The notes below the pieces were generated by a model. The model was not told the DNA's origin. It made no database searches and saw only the letters and a list, made by a program, of their open reading frames with translations. Positions 9,195 to 19,100 of a stretch of 64,000 bases of DNA are shown here, piece after piece (position 1 is the first letter of the stretch; every line of letters starts with the position of its first letter). The translations under genes were made by a program, and so were the position numbers. This stretch comes from Acidobacteriota bacterium (GTDB lineage: Bacteria; Acidobacteriota; UBA890), in the NCBI GenBank assembly GCA_965216935.1, contig OZ244217.1, positions 2,512,741-2,576,740 on the forward strand, in the 5' to 3' direction.

Positions 9195-9240
9195 CCGGCG
9201 GGGAGACGAGTTCTCGTTTCCCCGCCGGCGGTTTTCTTGC
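9195..9240 (+). terminator. Rho-independent terminator after the trypsin-like gene
   Basis: 15-bp stem CCGGCGGGGAGACGA / TCGTTTCCCCGCCGG (one G-U pair), loop GTTC, followed by the T-rich CGGTTTTCTTGC. It starts 17 nt after the stop at 9178. Confidence 0.65.
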
Positions 9241-9316
9241 CGGCGCTCTTACCCGCCGGCGCTCACTCTCGCAGGCTCGTTCCACCGTCCGCGTGTCCGC
9301 GGCTCTCGCTGTTCGT

Positions 9317-11290
9317 TCAGAGCGTCACTTTTCGCGCCGCCACGTAGCCGCCGGCGTCGTAGCCGGCCAGCTCGAGCAGGCTCGCACCCGTGGCATCGAG
9401 GGCGAGGCTAGTGGTGCCGTCGCTGACGTCGAGCGTGCCCACCGGGCGTCCGTCCAGGTACACGTCCACGCGATCGAGGCCGAGGGTGGTCACCTGTGCC
9501 GAAAGCGAGGCCCCGGACCCGCTGGTGGACACGTCGAGGCGTCGCCGCGGCAGCCCATCAAGGATCTCCGCCGCCCGCTCGATCAGGTCCTCGTTGCTGT
9601 TGAGCAGGTCGTTGCGGGTCATGAAGTAGCGCTCGTCCGGCTTGATGCCGAGATCCTCCACCGGTGTCCCTGAGCGTTCGCCGACGCGCAACGTCCGGCG
9701 CACCGAGACCCGCATGCCGGCCCCCTGCGGCAGGTTCCGGTAGGGCGAGGCGGGGTCCGCGGGCGCGGGGTGTTGCAGTAACGCCTGCAGCAGCCCGTGC
9801 GTCCACACGTTGGCCCCGCCCGCACCGGTGTTGTCGTCGACGCCCAGGATCGGGCCGATCTCGTGGTCCTTGAATCCGGCGGCGAAGATGTCCGTGGCGC
9901 TGTAGCAGCGTGCATCGGTCACCAGCACCACCGGCCCGTGGTACTGCTGGCCGCGCCCGTTGGCGAAGTCGTCCGGGGTGATCGGGAAGGCGCGCGAGTA
10001 GACCGCGCCGGTCTCGACCGAGTCGGCGATCGAGTCGGCCCACGGGCCCAGGTCGATGCCTACCGGATTGCTTTCGTGCCGGCGGGCGATGCGCAGGTTC
10101 AGCGGCGTGTTGATGAACTGCACCGGTTCCGCCTCGACGACCGCGGGGGTGAGCGTTTGCAGCAATCCCTCCGACGCCCAGATGTGGCCGCCGCCGTTGG
10201 CCCGAACGTCGACGATGAGGCCGTCCTGCGGCAGTAGGCCGATCAAGCGGACGAACTCGTCGACGAAAGCGCCGGGATTATCGACGCTGAACGTGAAGAT
10301 GCGAACGTAGCCGAAGACTCCCGACGCGGTGTCGACCGACTCCGCCTTGAACACCCCGGACATGGTTGTCGGGATCGACGCTCCGGCCGCGGCGCGCCGA
10401 TTCAGCGCTGCCTTCGAGATTCTCTTGGACGCCTTCGCCACTACCTTGGGCGCGAACAGCATCTTCTTCGTCCGGCGAACGAAGTCGAGCTCGAGATCCA
10501 GCCCGAGACACGCAGCGTTCCGCGACCCCGAGTCGGGATTGACGGCGTCCAGGTCGGGGAGGGGAGGAGAAACGAGCCAGTCGAGCTTGATCTCGCGATC
10601 GGTGCCGCCGCTGTCGACGTAGCCGACGATCACCCAGTTCGCGTCGGGCGGCAGCGCCAGGCGCAGTGGTCGGATCGTCAGGCCGTCGACGCCGCGGGCC
10701 TGGCGGGCGGCCATATTGCTGCCGGCATGGCGGGCGGCGCTCACCTCGATTGCGCGGCGGATCGGCACGCCGTTCCACAGCTTGATTTCGACGCCCGGGT
10801 TGAAGTGCGCCGGCGTGAACCCCTGCACGAAGTGGCTGGCGACGTAGTGGGGCTCGCCGTCGTCGTCGAAGTATTCCTCCACATCGAACGGCAGGAACGC
10901 CACCTTGTCGGCGAAGGGAGCCGGCAGCAGGTAGTTGGTGTGCAGGTCGCGCACCGAATTGAAGATGTCCAGCATCTCCCGATGGAAGGCGAACTCGCTT
11001 CCCATCGTCGCCGTCGTCGACTCTTCCAGGCGATGCTGCACGAGGCGCAGCCGCTGCACCGGGTCGACGCCGTGCATTGCCTCCTTCAGCGGCAGGTGCA
11101 CGTAGTTCTCCTCGATGAGCACGAGTGCCTGTTCCACCAGGCGTTTGCGCTGCGAAAGAGACAGCACGCCGGCTTGCCCGAGGAACGTCGGCAGGTCGGT
11201 AGCCGCGCTGAGGTGGGAGCGGACGGCCGGGTGGGTCCGCTTGAGGAACGACGGCTTGGCGGAACGCTTCTTCGCCGCCTTCTTGGCCAT
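9317..11290 (-). CDS. S41-family (C-terminal processing / tail-specific-like) serine peptidase, no signal peptide
   Basis: Track ORF 9317..11290. S41 hallmarks IVDVRANGGGHIW and LVTDARCYSATDIFAAGFKD. Lys-rich N-terminus MAKKAAKKRSAKPSF. Convergent with the trypsin-like gene. Confidence 0.85.
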   Translation of the reverse strand: MAKKAAKKRSAKPSFLKRTHPAVRSHLSAATDLPTFLGQAGVLSLSQRKRLVEQALVLIEENYVHLPLKEAMHGVDPVQRLRLVQHRLEESTTATMGSEFAFHREMLDIFNSVRDLHTNYLLPAPFADKVAFLPFDVEEYFDDDGEPHYVASHFVQGFTPAHFNPGVEIKLWNGVPIRRAIEVSAARHAGSNMAARQARGVDGLTIRPLRLALPPDANWVIVGYVDSGGTDREIKLDWLVSPPLPDLDAVNPDSGSRNAACLGLDLELDFVRRTKKMLFAPKVVAKASKRISKAALNRRAAAGASIPTTMSGVFKAESVDTASGVFGYVRIFTFSVDNPGAFVDEFVRLIGLLPQDGLIVDVRANGGGHIWASEGLLQTLTPAVVEAEPVQFINTPLNLRIARRHESNPVGIDLGPWADSIADSVETGAVYSRAFPITPDDFANGRGQQYHGPVVLVTDARCYSATDIFAAGFKDHEIGPILGVDDNTGAGGANVWTHGLLQALLQHPAPADPASPYRNLPQGAGMRVSVRRTLRVGERSGTPVEDLGIKPDERYFMTRNDLLNSNEDLIERAAEILDGLPRRRLDVSTSGSGASLSAQVTTLGLDRVDVYLDGRPVGTLDVSDGTTSLALDATGASLLELAGYDAGGYVAARKVTL

Positions 11291-11380
11291 TGCGCGATGC
11301 TCCTAGGTCCCCAAGAGTTCGCGATGAGAGCCGGCTGCCCAGGGTCTCGCGGGAGATCCGAAGCACCCTGCTGCATCTTG

Positions 11381-11467
11381 GATATACCGTGGCGCGGCGA
11401 GTGTCCAGGGGAGCGGGCTGCCGCCGGCCCCGGATCCCTGGACACCCTCTCGCCGTTTGCCCATAAT
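11381..11467. promoter_or_regulatory. Divergent sigma70-like promoters sharing a 10-bp perfect inverted repeat (S41 <-> S8 intergenic)
   Basis: Inverted repeat GTGTCCAGGG (11401-11410) / CCCTGGACAC (11436-11445). Plus strand: TGGACA (11439-11444) - 17 nt - CATAAT (11462-11467), about 90 nt upstream of the S8 ATG. Minus strand: TGGACA (11407-11402) - 15 nt - TATATC (11386-11381), facing the S41 gene. Confidence 0.4.
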
Positions 11468-11554
11468 GGCGCCACCCGGGCCGGCGGCCCGGCCCGGTTG
11501 GGGACCCGGAACGACGCGCCCGCTTGCCGCGCACACGACAGGTCCGCGAACCGC

Positions 11555-13639
11555 ATGGCTGATCGTCGCGATTTCTTCGAGAATCTCGTCTACCAGACGG
11601 TGGATCGGCGGCGGTTCACGCAGCAATCGCCCGTGATGCCGGACGTCTGGATCCACTACGGCATGAATCCGGGCGAGCAGCAGCATCTGCTGATGGTCCC
11701 GGACTGGCACTACACGCCCGCGGCCCTGACCGGCGGGATCAAAGAGCGGCTGTCCGGGGACCGCGATAACGCCCGTCTGAGGCGCTTCCGGCTGGTCCCG
11801 CGCAACCCGGAGCCGGCCGCGGTGGCGCACAACCAGAGCGCGGTGGTGGCCACGCTGTGGTTCGACCAGCTCATCCGCGCCGTGCTTCCTTTGAGCGGCT
11901 GGTGGCGGGACGCCATCGCCGGCACACGTTCGCGTCGCGACAGGGATCGGCTGCACCTCGCCCTCGAAAACAAGGGCGCGCTGGTCACGTCGCTGGTGAC
12001 GGCATGGGGCGGCGACGACGCGAGGAAGGGGGCGGGTCCGGCTCGCCGCGGCGGAGCCCGTAGCGCCGGAGGCGAGCATGATGATGCCGGCGGCAGGCTT
12101 GCCGGAGGTCTCCCGCTCAGCGCCGACGTCCTCTGGCTCACCCGCGTGGCCGGCTTGCTCGCCTTCATCGCGACGAAAGCGCAGCGCGACCGCTTCGGCA
12201 AGCTGCGCAGCGAGAACAGCAAGGTCGAGCTTCTGCAGGGCTTGCTGGAAAAGAAGAACCACCGCAAGCTCGCCGGCGCGCTCGTCGACATCCTGACCGA
12301 GTCGGCGCCGGCGTACCCCGGCGACAACTATCCGCTGTATTCCGTCAACCGGAACCGTGAGACCTCTACCAGCCTGCGGGACTCGGTTGCGGCGGTGAAG
12401 GCCGACGCATCCAACCGGGTGTTCCAGGTCCGCGGCGAGGGCATCCGCTGGGCGGTGATCGACTCGGGCGTCGACGCGCGGCACGTCGCCTTCCGCCGCC
12501 GCAACGCCGACGGCGTGCCGCGGCGGCAGCCCTTCAGCCGGCCGCGACGACGGCGTCGGGCCGCGGCGGGCAGCACGCCGGGCGCCGAGGGCTTCTTCGT
12601 CAACGACACCCGGGTCGTGGCGACCTACGACTTCGTGCACATTCGCGAGTTGCTCGGCACCGAGCCGGAAGAGGTCGATGCGCTCCCGGAGGAGCGATTC
12701 CCGGCGCTCGCCCTCCCCGGAATGCGGCAGAAGCTTCGCGAGCTGATCGAGGACTACCACACCGGCGTCATCGACTGGCAGCGGCTGCAGCCGTTCCTCG
12801 AGATCCGCCACACGCCGAAGGCGTACCGGCCGCCGGTCGATCGCCACGGCACCCACGTCGCCGGGATCATCGGGGCGGACTGGCGTACGAGCGACGAAGA
12901 GGTCGACCTGCCGGGGCCGCGCCGGGAAATGACCGGCATGTGCCCCGAGATCGAGCTGTACGACCTGCGGGTGCTGGGTGATGACGGCACCGGAAACGAG
13001 TTCGCCATCATGTCGGCGATGCAGTTCGTTCGGGCGCTGAACACCGAGAAGGACTTCATGGCGGTTCACGGGGTCAACTTGAGCCTGTCGATCCCGCACG
13101 ACGTGGCGAACTACGCCTGCGGACGAACCCCGGTGTGCGAGGAGGCCGAGCGCCTGGTCGGCAACGGTATTCTGACGGTCGCCGCCGCCGGCAACAGCGG
13201 ACGGGCGCGCTACCTGACGCCCTCCAACGAGATCGACGACGGATTTCGCACCGTCAGCATCACCGATCCGGGCAACGCCGAGTCGGTGGTCACCGTCGGG
13301 GCAACCCACCGGCGGGATCCCCATACGTACGGGGTGAGCTATTTCTCCAGCCGCGGACCCACCGGGGACGGCCGCCTGAAACCCGACCTGGTCGCACCCG
13401 GGGAGAAGATTCGCTCGACCGTTCCCGACGATCGCGACGATCGCCTGGACGGCACCAGCATGGCCGCGCCCCATGTGAGCGGCGCGGCGGCGCTGATCAT
13501 GACGCGCCATCGGGAGGTGATCGGGCAACCCGGCAAGATCAAGGAGATCCTCTGCCGATCGGCGACCGACCTGGGCCGCGAGCCCTACTTCCAGGGGGCC
13601 GGAATGCTCGACATCTTGCGGGCGCTACAGGAGATCTGA
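11555..13639 (+). CDS. S8 subtilisin-family serine peptidase with ~330-aa non-catalytic N-terminal region, no signal peptide
   Basis: In frame with track ORF 10727..13639, whose upstream part is antisense to the S41 gene; start at ATG 11555. Asp (WAVIDSGVDARH), His (HGTHVAGIIGA) and Ser (GTSMAAPHVSGAAALI) triad. Confidence 0.85.
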   Translation: MADRRDFFENLVYQTVDRRRFTQQSPVMPDVWIHYGMNPGEQQHLLMVPDWHYTPAALTGGIKERLSGDRDNARLRRFRLVPRNPEPAAVAHNQSAVVATLWFDQLIRAVLPLSGWWRDAIAGTRSRRDRDRLHLALENKGALVTSLVTAWGGDDARKGAGPARRGGARSAGGEHDDAGGRLAGGLPLSADVLWLTRVAGLLAFIATKAQRDRFGKLRSENSKVELLQGLLEKKNHRKLAGALVDILTESAPAYPGDNYPLYSVNRNRETSTSLRDSVAAVKADASNRVFQVRGEGIRWAVIDSGVDARHVAFRRRNADGVPRRQPFSRPRRRRRAAAGSTPGAEGFFVNDTRVVATYDFVHIRELLGTEPEEVDALPEERFPALALPGMRQKLRELIEDYHTGVIDWQRLQPFLEIRHTPKAYRPPVDRHGTHVAGIIGADWRTSDEEVDLPGPRREMTGMCPEIELYDLRVLGDDGTGNEFAIMSAMQFVRALNTEKDFMAVHGVNLSLSIPHDVANYACGRTPVCEEAERLVGNGILTVAAAGNSGRARYLTPSNEIDDGFRTVSITDPGNAESVVTVGATHRRDPHTYGVSYFSSRGPTGDGRLKPDLVAPGEKIRSTVPDDRDDRLDGTSMAAPHVSGAAALIMTRHREVIGQPGKIKEILCRSATDLGREPYFQGAGMLDILRALQEI

Positions 13640-13642
13640 AAC

Positions 13643-14851
13643 ATGGCGACGGTGTTTACGCTGGAAGCCGTATTCGCGCGCAAGGGCGACGCGCTGCTGC
13701 TCCACTACGGGCCGTGGGAAGGCCCCGACTGGATCCTCGTCGATGGCGGGCCGCCGGGAGTCTACAAGAAGTTCCTGCAGCCACGGCTCGAGCAGCTCCG
13801 CGACGAGTTCGAGATTCAGGCCGACGACCCGATTCCCTTCGAGATGGTCATGGTCAGCCACATCGACGACGATCACATCGCCGGCGTGATCGACCTGTTC
13901 GAGGACATCGACGACGCCAAGACGAGCAATCAGCCGGCGCCGTATCGGGTCGAGAAGCTGTGGAACAACACCTTCGACGATCTTCTCGACAACGACGAGG
14001 AGGAGATCGTCTCGCGTATGGCCGCGACGGCGGCGTCGTCCAGCGCCGCCAACGGGTTGCCGCTGCCGAACATGACGCGTGAATCCCGCGCGGTGGTGGC
14101 GACCACCAGGCAGGGGCGAGACCTGCGAAACCTGGCCAAGAAGCTGCAGGCGAAGGTCAACGATCCCTTCGAGGGTCTGATCATGGCCCCGGCTTCGGCG
14201 GCAATCGCCTTCGATCACGGCCTGACCTTCACGGTGATCGGTCCGCTCGAGCATCGGGTACGTGCCCTTCAGGTGCAGTGGGACAAGGACGTGAAGAAGA
14301 TCCTCGAGGACGAGGCGAACGCCGGTCAGTCCGCCGCCTTCGGCGACACGTCGCCGTTCAACCTGGCGAGCATCTGCGTCCTCGCCGAGATGCAGGGCAA
14401 GTCGATGCTGCTGACCGGCGATGCGCGCGGCGACTTCATCATCGAGGGGCTGGAGGAGGTCGGGCTGCTGCAGGATGGCGACACGTTCCACGTCGACGTG
14501 TTGAAGATGCCTCACCACGGCAGCGACGAGAACGTCGAGGTGTCGTTTTTCGAGCGCGTCACGGCCGATCACTACCTCATTTCGGGCAATGGCGACCACG
14601 GGAATCCCGAGAAGACCACGCTCGAGATGATCGAAGAAGCCCGCGGGACGGACGAGTACACCGTTCACTTCACCTTCACCGAAAGCGCACACCTGACGGA
14701 CACCAGCCAGAAGCGACGAAAGGCGCTGAAGAAGATCACCGACTGGGTGGCGCAGAAGCCGGACAACTGCTCGGTCGTGTTCCAGGACGACGACGACGAG
14801 GTCCAGTCGGTGTACGTGGATCTGCTGGACCCGCTTTTCGAGGAGGAGTAG
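13643..14851 (+). CDS. Metallo-beta-lactamase-fold hydrolase, ComEC/Rec2-type MBL domain
   Basis: Track ORF 13643..14851, beginning 3 nt after the S8 stop. Motifs ILVDGGP, VVSHIDDDHIAG (HxDxDH variant) and VLKMPHHGSDEN, as in ComEC-like MBL domains. No signal peptide. Confidence 0.85.
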   Translation: MATVFTLEAVFARKGDALLLHYGPWEGPDWILVDGGPPGVYKKFLQPRLEQLRDEFEIQADDPIPFEMVMVSHIDDDHIAGVIDLFEDIDDAKTSNQPAPYRVEKLWNNTFDDLLDNDEEEIVSRMAATAASSSAANGLPLPNMTRESRAVVATTRQGRDLRNLAKKLQAKVNDPFEGLIMAPASAAIAFDHGLTFTVIGPLEHRVRALQVQWDKDVKKILEDEANAGQSAAFGDTSPFNLASICVLAEMQGKSMLLTGDARGDFIIEGLEEVGLLQDGDTFHVDVLKMPHHGSDENVEVSFFERVTADHYLISGNGDHGNPEKTTLEMIEEARGTDEYTVHFTFTESAHLTDTSQKRRKALKKITDWVAQKPDNCSVVFQDDDDEVQSVYVDLLDPLFEEE

Positions 14852-14985
14852 ACAGGGGGCCACGGGGATGTGGCGCGAGCGGAGTGACACACGGAGGACC
14901 GGGCGTGGTCCGATCAGACTGACACCGGAGGAGGCGGGGATTCGGGGGCGTGGCCCGCGAGGAGTCACACAAGGAGGAGAGTTTC

Positions 14986-16143
14986 ATGAGCGAGAATGGC
15001 CCTGATGTCGATCCCCGGGTTGCCTCCCCGGTCGACCCGGACAGTGCCGAGAAAGCCCCCAAGCTGCAGGACGGAATCGCCCTGTGCCTGTCGGGGGGTG
15101 GCTATCGGGCGATGCTGTTTCACCTCGGCACGTTGTGGCGGTTGAACGACGTCGGCTATCTGCCGCGCCTCGATCGAGTGTCGAGCGTCTCGGGAGGATC
15201 GATCACCGCCGGGGCCCTGGCGATGAGCTGGGGAAAGCTGAAGTTCGCCGGCACCGGTCGGGCGTCGAATTTCGTCGGCGAGGTTGTTCGCCCGATTCGC
15301 TCGCTCGCGAACCGGACGATCGACGTTGGTTCGGTGATCAGCGGGGCGCTTCTTCCCGGGTCGATCAACGACAAGGTCGAGGGGAAGTACCGTCGGCACC
15401 TGTTCGGCGACACCACCTTGCAAGACCTGCCGGACACGCCGCGGTTCGTGTTCAACGCGACGAACGTGCAGTCGGCGGTGCTGTGGCGATTCTCCAAGCC
15501 CTACATGGGTGACTATCGGGTCGGGCGGGTCGTGAGCCCGACCCTGGGGCTGGCGCAGGTGGTGGCGGCGTCCTCGGCCTTCCCGCCGGTGTTGTCGCCC
15601 GCCGAGCTCGATCTCGATCCGGGCTCGTTCACCTCCGGAACCGACTTGAAGGACCCGGCGTTCCGCCACGAGGTCGTTCTCAGCGACGGCGGCGTGTACG
15701 ACAACCTCGGCCTCGAGACCGCCTTCAAGCGTTACCAGACGTTGCTGGTGAGCGACGCCGGGGGCCGGATCGCTCCCGACGACGATCCACCGCGGGACTG
15801 GGCCCGGCATATGGTGCGCATCCTCGCCATCGTCGACCACCAGGTGCGCAACCTGCGAAAGCGGCAGCTCGTCGGCGCGTTTCGTGCCGATGTGCGCTCC
15901 GGTGCCTATTGGGGCATCCGAACGCCGATCCGCAAGTACTCGGCGAAGCACAAGCTGCACGTCCGCGACGACCGATCCTCCGAGCTCGCGCTGGTGCCGA
16001 CGCGCTTGAAGCGCCTTGAGGCCGGCCTGCAGGAGCGACTGATCAACTGGGGGTATGCGATCACAGACGCGGCGATGCGCACCTGGGTCGATACCGACCT
16101 GAAGCCGCCGAAGAGCTTCCCGTACCCGAAGGTGGGCGTGTGA
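14986..16143 (+). CDS. Patatin-like phospholipase
   Basis: In frame with track ORF 14950..16143. ATG 14986 is preceded by AAGGAGGAG. Motifs: LSGGGYRAM (oxyanion), VSGGSI (GxSxG Ser), SDGGVYDNLG (DGG Asp). Confidence 0.9.
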   Translation: MSENGPDVDPRVASPVDPDSAEKAPKLQDGIALCLSGGGYRAMLFHLGTLWRLNDVGYLPRLDRVSSVSGGSITAGALAMSWGKLKFAGTGRASNFVGEVVRPIRSLANRTIDVGSVISGALLPGSINDKVEGKYRRHLFGDTTLQDLPDTPRFVFNATNVQSAVLWRFSKPYMGDYRVGRVVSPTLGLAQVVAASSAFPPVLSPAELDLDPGSFTSGTDLKDPAFRHEVVLSDGGVYDNLGLETAFKRYQTLLVSDAGGRIAPDDDPPRDWARHMVRILAIVDHQVRNLRKRQLVGAFRADVRSGAYWGIRTPIRKYSAKHKLHVRDDRSSELALVPTRLKRLEAGLQERLINWGYAITDAAMRTWVDTDLKPPKSFPYPKVGV

Positions 16144-16153
16144 GCGATCCTTC

Positions 16154-19100
16154 ATGCCGCTGACCTTCAAGAAGAACAAGAGCCTGCTGACCGGCCCGGG
16201 ACAGCGGCGCGGGCTACCGCCCGTCGACCTGGAGCTCGAGGCGACGGCCGACAACGATCCGGCGACCGCCGACGCCTTGTTGCGCAACGATCCCTTCCCG
16301 AAGCTTCCGCTCAGGCTCGGCCGGGCGTCGGTCAAGGTCGATGCCGACGAGGAGGTCTCGTTCGGAAACGGCAAGGCGAAGACGAGCTTCTCCGCCGGCG
16401 TCGGCGTGTTCGCCGAGCTGGGCGTGTTCATGACCTCGAAGGCGGCGTTCAAGGCGGCGGCGATCAACGGAGCGATGTTGCCGGCGTTGTCCGTCGAGCG
16501 GGCCGAGACGGCGGAAGGCGCCGACGGGGGTGGGGCGGGCGGAGAGGCGGGCGGAGAAGCGGGCGGAGAAGCGGGCGGAGAGGCGGGCGGAGAAGCGGGC
16601 GGAGAGGCGGGCGGAGAGGCGGGCGGAGAGGCGGGCGGGGGGCCCCGGAAACTTGTCTACGCCGTGATGCAATCGGGGTACTCGCTCGCGGCCGAGGTCG
16701 ACGCGTCGATCGCTCTGGCTCCGGGATTCGTCCCCAGTCTGGAGACCTCGGCCGGCCGCTCGCGCGATTTCGCCGTGATCCGGGCTGTCGACGCGGAGGC
16801 CGGCTCCCGGGACGTCGTCCAGGATTTGCTGGACTCTTGGCGGCTGCCGCGCCAGGTGAACGAGGCATCCGACCTCGAGCCCGGCACGTGGATCGTCGCC
16901 GAGGTCGACGGCTCGTTCGCGCTCGGCCTCGAGGCGCGATACGGCTACACGTACAACTGGGTGAAAGCGGCGCGCCTGGGTGGCCTCTCCGGCGATATCG
17001 GCCTGAAGATCGAGCTCGGGGCCGCCGCGTCTCTGGGGTTCTCGGCCAGCGGCAAGTACGCCCTGGTGATCGGTCGTGCGTCCATGCAGCAAGACGACGA
17101 GCGACTCCGCGTGCGCCTGCATCGCCTGCAGCAGAGTGGGTGGAACTTCGCCTTCGACGCCTCGGCCGGCTTCACCGGTGACACGAGCGGCTTCTTGCCG
17201 GAGGAGTACGACAAGCTCGTGGCTGCGGTCTTCGGGCTCGACCCCGGCCAGCTCGTCGACGACCTCCGTCGCTGGACCGATCCGGCCAACGCCCTCCCCG
17301 ACCTGATTGCCGGGGAGAGCATCGACCTGGCGCACGAGGTGCTCACCGATCTCACCGGAATCGACGCGAAGGCGGAGTTCGCTCGGGCGCAGAAGAAGCT
17401 GCGTGAGCTGCTGGATCGCTGGGACGGTCTTCCGGGCGAGGTCGCCTCGCGCATCTGGGAGACGTTGCCGCACGCCGACGAGATCGAGCGCGTCGCCGAG
17501 GTCGCCCGGCAGATTGCCGAGGCGGATTCCAACGCGGCGAAGGCCCGGGTGATGGAGCTGATCGAGAAGCTCCTGGAGGAGATCGACTTCTTCGACACGC
17601 CGGTCGGCAAGTGGGTGCTTGCCGTGGCGATGAACCGGCCGCTGGAGCTGCTCGCCGCAGGGGTCGACTCCGAGCGCTTCAAGGAGTTCCAGGCGATCGC
17701 CGCCAGGACGGCTGCGATTCTCGACGGTTCCGAGGTCGCGGCAATGCTCGGCAAGTTCCACGCGCTGGTGTCCGAGAGGCTGCGGATCGACCTGCTTCGC
17801 GACCTCAACAAACGCGAGTTCGATGAGCTCGACGACTGGATGAAGGCGAAGCTGAGCCAGTTCATCGGCCGCAAGATCGACTTCTCCGAAATCGACAAGG
17901 TGCGCCGTGCGATCAAGGTCATGGACGACAACGCCGCCGCCTTCTACGAGAAGACGATCGCCGCACTGAACCGCAAGTACGAGCTCGCCTTCGCCTACAG
18001 GTTCCAGAGCGCGACGACGAAGACCGCCCTGATCGACGTGACCCTGGATTTCGCGGAGGGCAATCTGGGCGCTGCGCTGCGGCGGATGATCGCGGGAGAT
18101 TTCGACACGCTGCTTACCCGGCCGCAGAAGGGGATCACGCTCCACGTCGGCGCGCTGACCCACGGGATCGAGCGCCGGACGTCGGTCGATCTGACCATGC
18201 CGTGGATCAAGAAGAGCACCGTTTCGCGCTCCGAGGCGGTGGCCGAGCTCGACGTCGTGGACGAGGATGACGGTCGCCTGTTGATGTACGCCGGTGCGGC
18301 GAGCAACAAGGTTACCGAGGTAACGACCGTGGGCGCCGCCCAGTCGTACCGGGTCAGCGCGTTCGCCGTCGCTGCTCGACTTCCGGTGATGGTCGGCGGT
18401 GCGGCGAGGCGATCTGCTGGGGCGTCGGGTGGGACATCGAGTGGAGCTTCGAGTGGGGCGCTGACCGGCGCGTCGGGTTCGGCGGTCGGTGGAGGGTCGG
18501 GTACGGGGCCCTCGCGTGGCCTGCGGGTACATGGCGGGAGCTCGTTGGAGGCCTCCTATACGTACGCGGTGGCCGCTCCCGAGATGGTCATCGAGGACTT
18601 CATCAGCCACTTCGGCCCCTACGTTCGGGCTTACTTTCCGCGTCAGTTCGACAACGACGAAGCCCCCCGCTTCGGGGTCTGGGCGACGGAGCTCGACCGC
18701 AGGATCGACGCCGACCCGGACACTGCGAACGGGCCGCGCCTGTTCGGCGACACGCTCGTGCGGCTGGCGGTGGCGCTGCCGCCGGATACCGGCTCCGTCT
18801 GGTTCGAGGGGCCGACCCGGAAGACGGCTCCCGCGTACCGGGCGATGTCGCTGCGGATTCAGCAGGCCATGCGCGATCTGCTGACCTTCTACTACTTCGC
18901 CGACCCGCGGAACTTCCGCAACCGACTCGCCGCCCACGCCCTGCTGATGTACGCGGCGACCCCTCCGGCGAACGGCCTGAGGCTCGAGGGCGACAAGATC
19001 AAGAAGACCACTCACGCGATTCACTGGGATTGGCCGAACAACAAGCTACGTCGCGCGGTCTTGAACAGCAGTGCTACCGCCGAGCGCCTCGCCGCCGCCT

